The notes beneath the pieces are model-generated. The model had not been told where the DNA came from and did not search any database. It saw only the letters and a list, made by a program, of their open reading frames with translations. A stretch of DNA of 64,000 nt, taken from positions 800,001 through 864,000 of the forward strand of contig CP010425.1 in the NCBI GenBank assembly GCA_000830295.1. Direction: 5' to 3'. Every line of letters begins with the position of its first letter. Positions within the stretch are counted from its first letter, which is position 1. Positions 28,701 to 37,949 of this stretch are shown here, in pieces. The stretch is from an archaeon GW2011_AR15. GTDB taxonomy: Archaea; Nanobdellota; Nanobdellia; Woesearchaeales; GW2011-AR15. A program made the position numbers and the translations under genes.

Positions 28701-30013
28701 TCTAACCTTACTTCATAAGTAAGCGTTCCGTCTGACCACGCTACAGGGTCAGTACTCGTTATTCCCAGCCTTCCGGAAGCAAGGCCTATAGGCGCTCTTT
28801 TGGGAAGAATGCAGGTATTGATGTTAGTTATACCTGTTATCACATCCCTGTTCCTTTTTATGAACTGGAGAGTCTCCTGGAACTCCTCTTCCGTCTCTCC
28901 AGGATAGCCGACTATAAAGTTTGGCTGCACATTGATTCCTGCCTCCCTTGTCCACTTCATTATCCTTTCTGCATCTTCTGCTGAAAACATCTCATACTTA
29001 TTCATCTTCTTGAGCACAGAGTTTGAGCCTGACTCAATCCCGAAATTAATAGTGTAGCAGCCGGCGTCCGCCATTTTGAAGAGAAGCTCTTTCGGCATGT
29101 CCTTTCTTGCAATGGCCAGGCATATCCATTTTATTTTCAGGTTGTTTCCGATTATCAGGTTGCATAATTTTTCCAGTTCTTCATAGTTTCCGTTTATTGC
29201 AAGGTCATGGAACCAAAAATGTGCAATCCTGTTTACATAGGCATGATATCTTAGTTCATTATAGACATCGACTGGGTCTCTTGTCCTGTGGTGGCCCTGG
29301 AACGGCTTGTCCTCACAGAATCCGCAGTTTGCTATGCATCCCTGTGAGAACCTCATGCCTATTGTCTTTTCAGTATATCTGGACAGGTCGAGTTCTTCAT
29401 AGGTAGGGAAGGGAAGTTTTTCCAGGTCAATAAGCTGTCTTGGAGCATATTTCTCAGGATATTTGCTTGATTTCAGACCTTTTATTTCTGATAGTTGCTC
29501 AATAGATTTTCCTCTCTTTATTCCCTGCATAAGCTCAAGAATTGTATCCTCTCCTTCCCCAACAACAAAAAAATCAGCATAATCCTTGTAATATTCCCTT
29601 TCTTCAGGCAGCCATACGCCCTTCCCGCCGAGGATTATTTTTATGTCTTTGTCTAGGAATTTTACAGATTTCATCAGCTCAAAGGAGTAGAAAATGCTTG
29701 CTGCGGATATTGAAAACCCAAGGGCAAGCGGTTTTTCATCCGCTATTCTTCTGGCGAGTTTCTCAAAATCAAACTTCAGCAGAGGCTTCAGCTTTTCAAA
29801 CCTGTCTTTCTCCATCCAGAAATGGGCTTTTTCGTTTATCCAGTATCCCTTATCCTTTGCCCGATGATATTCCTCTATATTCAGGTCCAGTATCTTTGTT
29901 GCTATGTCATTTACCCTAAGGTATCTGGAGATGGATGCCAGGCTCATCGGAGGCATGTTTATTCCCCATACAGGGCACTGAATCAGGAGTATATCCGGTT
30001 GTATGCATATCAC
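25712..30013 (-). CDS. Protein with three tandem cobalamin-binding radical SAM modules
   Basis: Three repeats of D..L..CP.W....PP / GG(P/K) / GEGE-like / GCxxxCxFC (GCIANCGFC, GCIGECTFC, GCVARCNFC) / G(I/V)E / GYPGE. Confidence 0.93.
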   Translation of the reverse strand: MICIQPDILLIQCPVWGINMPPMSLASISRYLRVNDIATKILDLNIEEYHRAKDKGYWINEKAHFWMEKDRFEKLKPLLKFDFEKLARRIADEKPLALGFSISAASIFYSFELMKSVKFLDKDIKIILGGKGVWLPEEREYYKDYADFFVVGEGEDTILELMQGIKRGKSIEQLSEIKGLKSSKYPEKYAPRQLIDLEKLPFPTYEELDLSRYTEKTIGMRFSQGCIANCGFCEDKPFQGHHRTRDPVDVYNELRYHAYVNRIAHFWFHDLAINGNYEELEKLCNLIIGNNLKIKWICLAIARKDMPKELLFKMADAGCYTINFGIESGSNSVLKKMNKYEMFSAEDAERIMKWTREAGINVQPNFIVGYPGETEEEFQETLQFIKRNRDVITGITNINTCILPKRAPIGLASGRLGITSTDPVAWSDGTLTYEVRLDRAKRAYEFVKELGYDVYFSNLSQSGEDKKKNEPVDLALVVCPVWGVNTPPTGVNYLKEYMVSHGLNAEICDINLKLYRRHKDLQKYWHQDLKINWTEYPFFEELKKRFKVDLVEFAKELVQTSRVIGFSAYQENTLMIIELAKLIKNIDNNVKIVVGGPSCSVKRELERFRKSTIDYFVVGDGEEAIIELVDAIKAKKTYLEISGIPGIFIFRHEGKFKEREAFDLSKSKALKIDYNKDYIAQERIALYFSKGCIGECTFCNDVNIMGKFRVRPAEQVFQEIYYHVQKGITKFNFSDLLINGNIPELNKFCDLIISHKLKIGWVANAIPMKNLTQKLLEKMKRAGCDVLMFGVETGSDRILKAMKKYTTIETIEKVLKYSYEMGINAQPNFIVGYPGETEEDFQMTLDFIKRNRQYIDRICNAKTCNVVYNSELMENKDEYGIILPEDNSVAEVRWRTKDGTNTDSIRKGRLRRLLNLAKELNLEVYEDNLSAFAGYKEKEIVRKTDVFLIMCPPWDVLMPPLGIAYLASNLKKHGVKTEVFDMNIDLYNLAPENDKRAWHMEEYFKWSEEKFHEYLFQNYKPYMNNMIKRIMDDKPVLVGLSVNAANYNFSCMLAKILKKNNPELKICIGGPNSDDGYFWQSEMKDYIDFAVIGEAELMMPRIVQRLKENQPIEDLPGVVVLKANSSGELGPRKEKEKMHPWHFEKDLGELASPTFMEFNLKKYKENSLPMIASRGCVARCNFCLDWMYRANYTARPAKDVVDEMEMHIKNYGVNSFNFRDLVINGNLKALEEICNHIIKRNLEVNWSAQGIVNSRMSDQLLRKMRMAGCRVMVFGVESCSDTVLEKMNKPYRMKHLQDLLPRMHNAGITIGINLIIGYPGEGEKEFMETYDFVKSHAKYIKMISSLTPCLLIAGTNLTAEPEKAGIVVPNENDGFYKWHTSDLTNTYEIRKERVKRIAALCKELGVQTPLVNLYDEQAKKKPAEVKKKLKILS

Positions 30014-30087
30014 CCTCAGCTACAGAATACTTAGGATTTTATATAATATACGAAAAACATAAATAAACTTAATTTAATTAAGTAGTC

Positions 30088-31953
30088 ATGGGGTTTTTTG
30101 GAGGTATTGTCTTAAAAGACAGGAATCTACCTGCCGGGCTGCTCACAAAACCGGAGAAAATCGGGGAGTTACGGTTCAGCGCCGGCAAAAAACTGGTCAA
30201 AAAGAGGAATTTGGCCGTATACTTATCAGGAAGCATAACAGACTTGTTTACAGAAGATTACAAGCTGCCGCTTAACCATCAGGAAGAGCTTATTTTGGAT
30301 ATGTATACCAGATATGGCGAGAAATTCATCAGATTCCTTGATGGTTATTTCGTAATTTTTGTTTATGATATTAAAAGAGGAGAGTTCTTTATATTTAATA
30401 ACAGGTATTCAAACACTTTTTGCTATTACTATCTCTCTGATGATTTTCTTGTTTTCTCTGATATGATTAAGCCCCTGCTTAAGCTAACCCCAAATAAAGA
30501 AGTCAATAAAGAGGTAATAAGCCTTTTCCTGAATTCAGGATTCTCTTTCTCTGAAAGAACCCCATTTAAGCATATCTACAGGATGATACCCGGCTTCTAT
30601 CTTAAATCAAAGAAAGGCAAAATAAGCCATGTCAGGTATTCAGGAATGGAGTTTAACAGGAGACCAGTTAAAGATGTGCCAAGGGCGCTGGAAGAGTACG
30701 AAAGACTATGGGTAGATGCCATAAAAAAATTTACAAAATATAATAAGACCGGGAATCTCGGAAGTGCGCTTAGCGGAGGCCTCGACACTTCATGGGTTGT
30801 GCTGGCAGCCTCAAAAGCATTTGACAAGCCGGTCCATACATACAACTGCTACTATGATTTCACTCTTTTTAATGAAATCAGACCTGCTTCTTATGTCACA
30901 AGAAAATGCAAAGGAAAATTCCACAAGATAAAGGTTTCTGAGGAGGATATAGATCTTTGGCCTGAGATAATAAGGGCTGCTGAGGAGCCAGTCATGTCAT
31001 CTTCTGTTTCCATATATAAAATGATAAGGGAAGCAGGGAAGGAAATCGATACTTTCCTCACAGGAGATGGGGGGAACAACATATATCACCACCTTTATCC
31101 GGTCGGGGAGATACATAGATATATCCACTTCCTGCCATATTTTGTCAGGAAAGCGATGTATGAAATTATTGATTTTACCGCAAATCTTACAAGCTGGGAA
31201 AGGCTATGGGAGCTGAAATATGCATTCCGCCCGTTTTCATATAAAAACCCCTATCGGAATTTCTATAAGAACCTGATATGCTACAGGCACTTCAGCCCTG
31301 AGCAGAGAGATAAGCTGCTTAACCCAGAGTTCCACGAGGAGTTTGATGAAGAAAAATCATTGGGCTATATCCCAATCAGGAAGGAAAGTTTTGATAATGA
31401 TCTTGTTGACAACAGATTCGTGCACGGGAATATGGAATATGTAAGCACATTCCAGGAGAAATTTGTAAAGAAATTCGGCATGAGGCTGTTCCCGCCATAC
31501 CAGAATAAGAAAATAATGGATTTTCTCTGCTCCCTTCCTTTTAATTTGTTATTCAGGGCCAACAGTCTTCAGAAGCTTACCAATAAAGCAAACAAGATGC
31601 ATTTCCAGAAGCTCTCTCTGTTAAGGTATTTCCCTAAGTCCTTTGTCTACAAAACAGGACAGCCCTTTGACCAGCCCTTTCACGGATGGCTGCAGAGAAG
31701 GCCTGAAGTCGTAAGATTGCTCTTCGAAAGATTGAAAAGAAGAGGATGGTATAATAATGATTATTTGGATGAACTTTACAGAGAGCATAGGAGACAGCGC
31801 CAGCATAAAAAAATACTCTGCCAGCTCCAGAACCATGGATACAGAATAATGACTCTGCTTGCTCTCGAGATATGGTGTATGGAATTCCTTGACAGGGACC
31901 CGGAAAAAGAAACCCAGAGGATGCCGCTTGAGGAGTATCTGAAAATAAGATGA
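30088..31953 (+). CDS. Asparagine synthase-related ATP pyrophosphatase lacking the catalytic N-terminal Cys
   Basis: LDGYF, ALSGGLDTS PP-loop, TGDGG; begins MGFFGG rather than MCGI. Confidence 0.8.
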   Translation: MGFFGGIVLKDRNLPAGLLTKPEKIGELRFSAGKKLVKKRNLAVYLSGSITDLFTEDYKLPLNHQEELILDMYTRYGEKFIRFLDGYFVIFVYDIKRGEFFIFNNRYSNTFCYYYLSDDFLVFSDMIKPLLKLTPNKEVNKEVISLFLNSGFSFSERTPFKHIYRMIPGFYLKSKKGKISHVRYSGMEFNRRPVKDVPRALEEYERLWVDAIKKFTKYNKTGNLGSALSGGLDTSWVVLAASKAFDKPVHTYNCYYDFTLFNEIRPASYVTRKCKGKFHKIKVSEEDIDLWPEIIRAAEEPVMSSSVSIYKMIREAGKEIDTFLTGDGGNNIYHHLYPVGEIHRYIHFLPYFVRKAMYEIIDFTANLTSWERLWELKYAFRPFSYKNPYRNFYKNLICYRHFSPEQRDKLLNPEFHEEFDEEKSLGYIPIRKESFDNDLVDNRFVHGNMEYVSTFQEKFVKKFGMRLFPPYQNKKIMDFLCSLPFNLLFRANSLQKLTNKANKMHFQKLSLLRYFPKSFVYKTGQPFDQPFHGWLQRRPEVVRLLFERLKRRGWYNNDYLDELYREHRRQRQHKKILCQLQNHGYRIMTLLALEIWCMEFLDRDPEKETQRMPLEEYLKIR

Positions 31954-33389
31954 AAAAAATGAAAGTCATGTTTGTAATTTCTCCAGACAGCAACAAGGGG
32001 AGATATATCTTCAAAAATACAAATATAGACTCTTTTCTTCCTCTCGGCATAGCCCAGCTTTCTGCTGTATTAAAGGAAGGAGGCCATGAGACAAAAGCTG
32101 TTGACCTCAGGATTACAAGGAAACTAACCCAGGCGGTCATGGAATTCCAGCCGGACATTATCTCAGTTTCATCATATTTCAGCTCAATAGCCCGTCTTCA
32201 GAAGCTGTGCAGGTTCCTGAAATCCAGATTTGATACCCACATTGTTCTTGGCGGAATCCATCCTTCATTATACCCGATTACGATATTTGACGACAATGCC
32301 TCAACAGACTACATTCTTGATGACTCCATTGATTTTGTAATAACAGGCGAGGGAGAAGTTGTTTTTCCCCAGCTCCTGGAAAACCTCCAGAAGAAAAAAT
32401 TCAGAAACATACCCGGGCTCTATTACAGGAAGAAAAATAAATGGATAAAAAACAAGGGAAGGCCGCTTGTAGAAGACCTTGATAAACTTCCTTTTCCTGA
32501 TTTTGATATCTTTGAATTGAAATATTATGTCCCCAATCCAAAACATTACAAAAGGACGCCGGTAATGTCGATGTCAGCAAGCAGGGGCTGCACCTGGGGC
32601 AGATGCACTTTCTGCTGGCAGTCGCATCTGGACGGATATTACAGAAAGCAGTCTCCTGAAAGAGTAGTTGCAGAGATAAAGCATGCTGTTGAAAAATATG
32701 GGGTCAGGGAGATAAGATTCTGGGATGACACATTCCTCCACAAGCATTCATGGATCTTGAGATTCTGCGACCTGATGATTAAAGAGAAGCTTGGCGTCAT
32801 ATGGAGCTGCCACGAGCGTGTCAGCGTGGTTACCCGGGAAATCCTGAAAAAGATGGCCAAAGCAGGATGCTGGCAGGTGCTTTATGGCATTGAGTCAGGG
32901 TACAAAGCCCTTCTTCAGGATGTAAATAAGGGGATAACAGTTGAACAGGCAAAAAGGGCAGTAAAATGGACCCAGGATGCAGGCATGGAAGCGAGAGTAT
33001 CTTTTATACTCGGCCTGCCTAATGAAACTCCGGAGATGACAGAGGAAACAATAAGATTCGCAAAAAGCCTTAATGCAGATATAATCCAGTTCAGTCTCAT
33101 GACTCCATATCCCGGGACAAAAATGTATGCAGATATAAAAAATTCAGAGGGGCTCAACAGAAACATATTTGACTATACAGAAATACAGCCGGTTTACCTG
33201 TCCAAAGGATATAGGAGATATAGTGATCTTGAAAAGAAATTCAGGAGAGCATATAGGACAATATACCTTGATCCTGCGTATGTTTTTAGAACTTTAAAGA
33301 AAATAAAAAGCCTTGAGGATATAAAAAGATATTACAGCGGGCTGAAGGCAATGATCGGGCTGAGCTATGGCAGGAGGACCTGGAGTTAA
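31950..33389 (+). CDS. Cobalamin-binding radical SAM protein
   Basis: LPLGIAQLSAVL, GGIHP, GEGE, SRGCTWGRCTFC (Cx4Cx2C variant), GIESG, PYPGT. Confidence 0.92.
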   Translation: MKKMKVMFVISPDSNKGRYIFKNTNIDSFLPLGIAQLSAVLKEGGHETKAVDLRITRKLTQAVMEFQPDIISVSSYFSSIARLQKLCRFLKSRFDTHIVLGGIHPSLYPITIFDDNASTDYILDDSIDFVITGEGEVVFPQLLENLQKKKFRNIPGLYYRKKNKWIKNKGRPLVEDLDKLPFPDFDIFELKYYVPNPKHYKRTPVMSMSASRGCTWGRCTFCWQSHLDGYYRKQSPERVVAEIKHAVEKYGVREIRFWDDTFLHKHSWILRFCDLMIKEKLGVIWSCHERVSVVTREILKKMAKAGCWQVLYGIESGYKALLQDVNKGITVEQAKRAVKWTQDAGMEARVSFILGLPNETPEMTEETIRFAKSLNADIIQFSLMTPYPGTKMYADIKNSEGLNRNIFDYTEIQPVYLSKGYRRYSDLEKKFRRAYRTIYLDPAYVFRTLKKIKSLEDIKRYYSGLKAMIGLSYGRRTWS

Positions 33390-35126
33390 ATGGAAGATTC
33401 AAGGAAGATACATTATTTCTTTTTGGTTCTTGTATTCCTGTTTGGGTGCTACGGGGCATATGTAAATTATAAGGTCCTGCAGGAAGACACTACCCCCTTT
33501 ATTTATGATATCCTGAATAGCTATGTGACAAGCATTGATCATTACAGGTTCCTACAGCAGGGAGATATCATAGGATTTATCAATCATTACATCACTAAAT
33601 ATTCACGGGACTATCCTGCACTTTATATGTTCCAGACTTTTCCTTTCTATGCTATCTTTGGGATCAGCGAAGATGCCGCAGCTATGTCCAATACAATTTA
33701 TCTTTTCATCCTTCTATTTTCAGTATATTTCATAGGAAAGAAAATGAAGAATTCCTATGCAGGTTTTCTTTCAGCTTCAATAGTACTCTTCATTCCCGGA
33801 GTGCTGTCTTTCTCCAGGGTTTACCTTCCTGACTTCGGTCTTGCAGCATTTTTTCTGTTAAGCCTGGCTCTTTTCCTTTATTCTGACTTTTTTAGAGATA
33901 GGAAGTACTCTATCCTTTTTGGGGCCTCTGCAGGGCTTGGCATGCTCATCAAATATACCTTTTTTGTGTATATTGGAGTGGCTCTGTTCATATTATACTT
34001 AAGGCATCTTAAGAACGAAAAAAAACTTCTTCTCACTAAACAGCAAAGAAGCAATCTCATGATTTCACTGTCTATTGCAGTTTTATTTATGCTATTGTGG
34101 TACCCCATGAATTTTTTAAATGCTCTTGGGTATATCACAAGAAAATCTTCTTATGATGCTACTGTGGCATTTAATGATACAGGCATATTTCAAAGATGGA
34201 ATCTTGTAATGGATAGGTATGTCTTTGAGATGAATGACATGCTGGCGGGATTTGTTTATCCTGTTTTTTTGATAATAGTATTATTACTCCTGGAAAAAGT
34301 TTTTTCCCGCCGAAAGACCCAGGAAAAGAAAACAATAGAACTGCAAGACCTGGTCTACATCTCACTTATTATTTTTTTATTCTCCCTGAATTCCACGGCA
34401 TCTGTAAGATATCTAATATTTATGCTGCCTTTTGCAGCCCTGCTCATTGGAGTTTACATATACACTAAATTTGATATTTTTCTCGGTTATTTTAAGAACA
34501 GGAATGAGACAAAATTCATGGTATTTGTGCTTCTTGTACTCCTTCTTGTATCATCAGCAGGCTCATATTACAGCGCATGGCTTGAACAAAAAAAACCTGC
34601 AGAAATAGCAGATGACATATTCATATATGGACTCCAGGTGCCAAAACACCACCATAATAAGCATATAGAAATTATTGAAGCAATAAACAGAAGAATGGAA
34701 GGACTCAACGGCCTTTCTGTGCTTTCATTCCAGGAGTCTGAGGTTATGTATATTGTATCTCATTCCAAGCACCTGTCGGGCTACGGCTATGAATTTCCGC
34801 CTGCCTGCCTTACGACTCCAGATTACGTCGACAGGGGAAGCTGTTATATCCCGGAGGAAATAAACTGCGATTGGTATTTCCTGCAGAATGATATTATAAT
34901 AGACTCAGACATCCATACAAGCATAAAGACGGCTGAAGTATGGGCCAAGTTCCCTGAAAGAAAAGAAATCCTGGACGAGATTCTTAATGTGTGGGAAAGC
35001 TGCAAGGAAAATTATATCCTGGCGGAAACAATAGAGGATGTGCCTGTTTTAACAAGCTATATCCCCAGAGAGTATACAAATTCGACATTGTATCTGTATG
35101 TGAAAAAATCCAAGCTTAGTTCTTAA
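33390..35126 (+). CDS. ArnT/PMT_2-like (GT-C) membrane glycosyltransferase
   Basis: Multiple TMs, YD after TM1, YPALY, SRVYLPD, GLGMLIK motifs, C-terminal external domain. Confidence 0.78.
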   Translation: MEDSRKIHYFFLVLVFLFGCYGAYVNYKVLQEDTTPFIYDILNSYVTSIDHYRFLQQGDIIGFINHYITKYSRDYPALYMFQTFPFYAIFGISEDAAAMSNTIYLFILLFSVYFIGKKMKNSYAGFLSASIVLFIPGVLSFSRVYLPDFGLAAFFLLSLALFLYSDFFRDRKYSILFGASAGLGMLIKYTFFVYIGVALFILYLRHLKNEKKLLLTKQQRSNLMISLSIAVLFMLLWYPMNFLNALGYITRKSSYDATVAFNDTGIFQRWNLVMDRYVFEMNDMLAGFVYPVFLIIVLLLLEKVFSRRKTQEKKTIELQDLVYISLIIFLFSLNSTASVRYLIFMLPFAALLIGVYIYTKFDIFLGYFKNRNETKFMVFVLLVLLLVSSAGSYYSAWLEQKKPAEIADDIFIYGLQVPKHHHNKHIEIIEAINRRMEGLNGLSVLSFQESEVMYIVSHSKHLSGYGYEFPPACLTTPDYVDRGSCYIPEEINCDWYFLQNDIIIDSDIHTSIKTAEVWAKFPERKEILDEILNVWESCKENYILAETIEDVPVLTSYIPREYTNSTLYLYVKKSKLSS

Positions 35127-36519
35127 TCATGCTTATGCCGGCTTTAACATATCTCTCCAGCTCAGGAAGAGACTGCACTCTTGACAGCGTCCTCAGAACA
35201 AAAGAAGGCCTGAAATAGAACTCCATGTATGCTTTCTTTATCCACCTGTTAAGCTCTTTATCAGACATTCCGCATCTTAGCCTTGGAAGAGGATGCTCAA
35301 CTCCTCTGTCTTTCACATATTCCCTCCAGTAATCATATCCCATCTCAGACTTGAGCTCTTCATACATTGTCGTGCCAGGGAGGGTGCTTAATCTGTTGAA
35401 CTGGGCATAGTCAAGCGGGAGGGATTTTGCAAGGTTTATTGTATTTCTTATTGATTGCCTTGTTTCCCCCGGATTGCCAAACATGAAGTAGCCGAAAGCA
35501 AGTATCCTGTGCTTTTTCGTCAGGTAAATTGCTTTTCTTATCTGCTGCTTTTTTGTGAATTTTTTTATGTTTCTTAAGATCTGTTCATCCCCTGATTCAA
35601 TGCCGAAGTAGATCCTATAGCAGCCTGCCTTCTTCATCTCTATCAGCATCTCTTCATCTATTGTGTCAACCCTTGACCTGCAGGACCAGGCAATTCTTAT
35701 CTTTCTTTTTTGTATTTCCATGCATATCTCTATTACCCTTTTCTTGTTTATTGTAAACAGAGGATCAAAAACATCGATTTCCCTTACTTTGTACCTGTAA
35801 TAGCATTCTTCCATCTCATCAGCAACATTCTTTGCGCTCCTGTACCTTATGTCGCCGCTTCTCTGCTCGCAGAAAGTGCACTGGAAAGTGCAGCCTCTGC
35901 TGGACATCAGGATTGTGTAATTCCTGTATTTTGAGATGAATGAATAATATTTGCTCATCGGGAGGAGATTCCTTGCCGGGAAAGGTATACTGTCGAGGTC
36001 TTTTATCTTCTCCCTTGGTTCCGTCAACACAATTTTTTTATTTTCCCTGTAACATATCCCTTTTACGGTTTTCAATGATTTTTTCTTCTCTATCTTTCCA
36101 AGAACCTCAATAATGGACTTTTCAGCCTCTCCGACAATGCCGATATCTATCACCTTTTTTAGCAGGGTTTCTTTAGGGAACAAGGTGACATGCTGTCCTC
36201 CTACAATAACTTTTGCGGGCCATTTTTCCCTGAAATAGCCAATTACCCTGGCTGTCTCGTGAAAAAGGTAGGTTGTGACTGTGAACATCATTATATCCGG
36301 CCTGAATTTTATTACTCTTTCAGCCATGTCATTTAGAGAATAGCCTGAAGCCATCCCGTCAAGAAAAATAAGCTCGTGGCCTGCTTTCTGCAGTGCCCCT
36401 GCAACATAGGCCAGGCTGATATTCGGGTAGATACCATAGTTGTCTGCAACCGCCTTTATATTCGGCTGATTGACTACCGAGACAACTCCAAAAGCAGGGT
36501 AAATAAGCGCAATCCTCAT
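35116..36519 (-). CDS. Cobalamin-binding radical SAM protein
   Basis: ISLAYVAG, GGQH, GEAE, SRGCTFQCTFC, GIESG, FGNPGET. Confidence 0.92.
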   Translation of the reverse strand: MRIALIYPAFGVVSVVNQPNIKAVADNYGIYPNISLAYVAGALQKAGHELIFLDGMASGYSLNDMAERVIKFRPDIMMFTVTTYLFHETARVIGYFREKWPAKVIVGGQHVTLFPKETLLKKVIDIGIVGEAEKSIIEVLGKIEKKKSLKTVKGICYRENKKIVLTEPREKIKDLDSIPFPARNLLPMSKYYSFISKYRNYTILMSSRGCTFQCTFCEQRSGDIRYRSAKNVADEMEECYYRYKVREIDVFDPLFTINKKRVIEICMEIQKRKIRIAWSCRSRVDTIDEEMLIEMKKAGCYRIYFGIESGDEQILRNIKKFTKKQQIRKAIYLTKKHRILAFGYFMFGNPGETRQSIRNTINLAKSLPLDYAQFNRLSTLPGTTMYEELKSEMGYDYWREYVKDRGVEHPLPRLRCGMSDKELNRWIKKAYMEFYFRPSFVLRTLSRVQSLPELERYVKAGISMIKN

Positions 36520-36557
36520 AACATGATTATAATATTTTAAACTATAAAAGACTATTG

Positions 36558-36764
36558 CTAGTCAAGATATCCGAGGGATTTCAGCCTTTCTGCAATCTCA
36601 GTCTGGTTGTATTCTCTGCTTTCACCGGTGTAGTTGGTATCTTGATTGCCTTTATTTCTCAGCAAATAGACAATCTCCTCTTTGTTACTATAAACGAACA
36701 GAGAGATAATTACCAGGAATAAAATTACAGCGATTATAATCAATTTTTTTATTGAGTGTTCCAT
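36558..36764 (-). CDS. Small membrane-anchored protein ending in RLKSLGYLD
   Basis: TM helix, two N-x-T sequons, sulfatase-like C-terminal motif; overlaps the upstream gene. Confidence 0.7.
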   Translation of the reverse strand: MEHSIKKLIIIAVILFLVIISLFVYSNKEEIVYLLRNKGNQDTNYTGESREYNQTEIAERLKSLGYLD

Positions 36765-37948
36765 ATTCCCATTAGCCTGTTAATCCTTTCTTTCTCCATT
36801 CTGGACGACCGGTATATAGTCTCCCTTTTTCCCTGCCTGTTGAAATAAGGGAACCAGTATTCCCATACAATCTCTTTATCCGGGGTGACTTCTATTACAT
36901 GGCCTTTCTCGCTCTCTGAAATCAATGTGTTCCCATTAGGCAGCCTCTGGACAGAGCCCATAGACTCGCTGAAAAAGCTGTCAGGCGGATTGCCTGTATA
37001 ATTCCAGACAATCTCCTGCTTCAGCGGGTCCAGCTCAAGCACTCTGGAATAATCTCTCGTTTCTCCTCCGTTGTCAAAAAGGAGTATGTTTCCGTTTGCC
37101 AGCATCGTAGGCATATGAGTGCCTTCCAGAAAATCAGGCCCTGATGCCCACACAATCTCTTTTGAATCTTTATCCAGGATAATCAGCAGGTTGACATTAT
37201 GCAGGCTCAAAAGCATGTTTCCCTGCTGAAACCTGCTGTCTGTCTGGTCCAGGCTATTTTCAGGCAGCTCCTGGACAGAGTTTATGTGATAATAGTCATA
37301 TATATCTATATTGTCATCTTCTTTGGCAAACAATTTTGCCCATATGTATTCCGGAATTTCAAGGCTGGATTCATAATGGCGTTTTCTAATCTCATCAAAA
37401 TGGTCAAATGTTGACCACCTGTCTATTGTCTCCCCGGTTTCAGATATTCTTATTATGCTGTCAAATAATACTTTTCTGCCCTTATAGGCTTTCTTTTCCC
37501 TTGATATTGTCAGGAAAGTGTGATTGTATGACCTCCTCATGTCATGGTGAATCATTATGTTTTTTTTCAAGAGCAATGAAAAATTTTTGTCATATAGTGC
37601 AAAATAGTTGTCATTGCCTCCCCAATCCCCGTCAGCTACTACCCCGTCATCAAATAATATCTGCAGGTTCCCGTCTCCGGGGAGAGTCACCAAAAGGTTG
37701 CCTTCCATATCGATTATAAACCTGCCGTCAACTACAGTGTAGCCGTCATATGCCCTGTCTTTGTCATAAAGCACAACTCCAGACAGGTTCCTGTCCTGCA
37801 CATCTTCTGTGTATTCCAGATAAGGAAGAGACCTTAATTTCTCAAGCCCGAGCTGGGACCTATACTCAGCTTCCATATATGAAGAAAACACTGAAAAGAG
37901 TCCAAATAGGATGAGCAGCACAATGCCGAAGATAAGTATCCTTTTCAT
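36749..37948 (-). CDS. Arylsulfotransferase (ASST-like beta-propeller), membrane-anchored
   Basis: IHHD, DYYHINSV, HMPTMLANGNILLFDNG, GSVQRLPNGNTLI. Confidence 0.85.
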   Translation of the reverse strand: MKRILIFGIVLLILFGLFSVFSSYMEAEYRSQLGLEKLRSLPYLEYTEDVQDRNLSGVVLYDKDRAYDGYTVVDGRFIIDMEGNLLVTLPGDGNLQILFDDGVVADGDWGGNDNYFALYDKNFSLLLKKNIMIHHDMRRSYNHTFLTISREKKAYKGRKVLFDSIIRISETGETIDRWSTFDHFDEIRKRHYESSLEIPEYIWAKLFAKEDDNIDIYDYYHINSVQELPENSLDQTDSRFQQGNMLLSLHNVNLLIILDKDSKEIVWASGPDFLEGTHMPTMLANGNILLFDNGGETRDYSRVLELDPLKQEIVWNYTGNPPDSFFSESMGSVQRLPNGNTLISESEKGHVIEVTPDKEIVWEYWFPYFNRQGKRETIYRSSRMEKERINRLMGIWNTQ

Positions 37949-37949
37949 A

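Noticed and set aside
30088-31953. Lasso peptide cyclase / RiPP cluster
   Set aside because: No B1/B2 (RRE, transglutaminase-like peptidase) genes or precursor with a lasso leader seen; the context is glycosyltransferases
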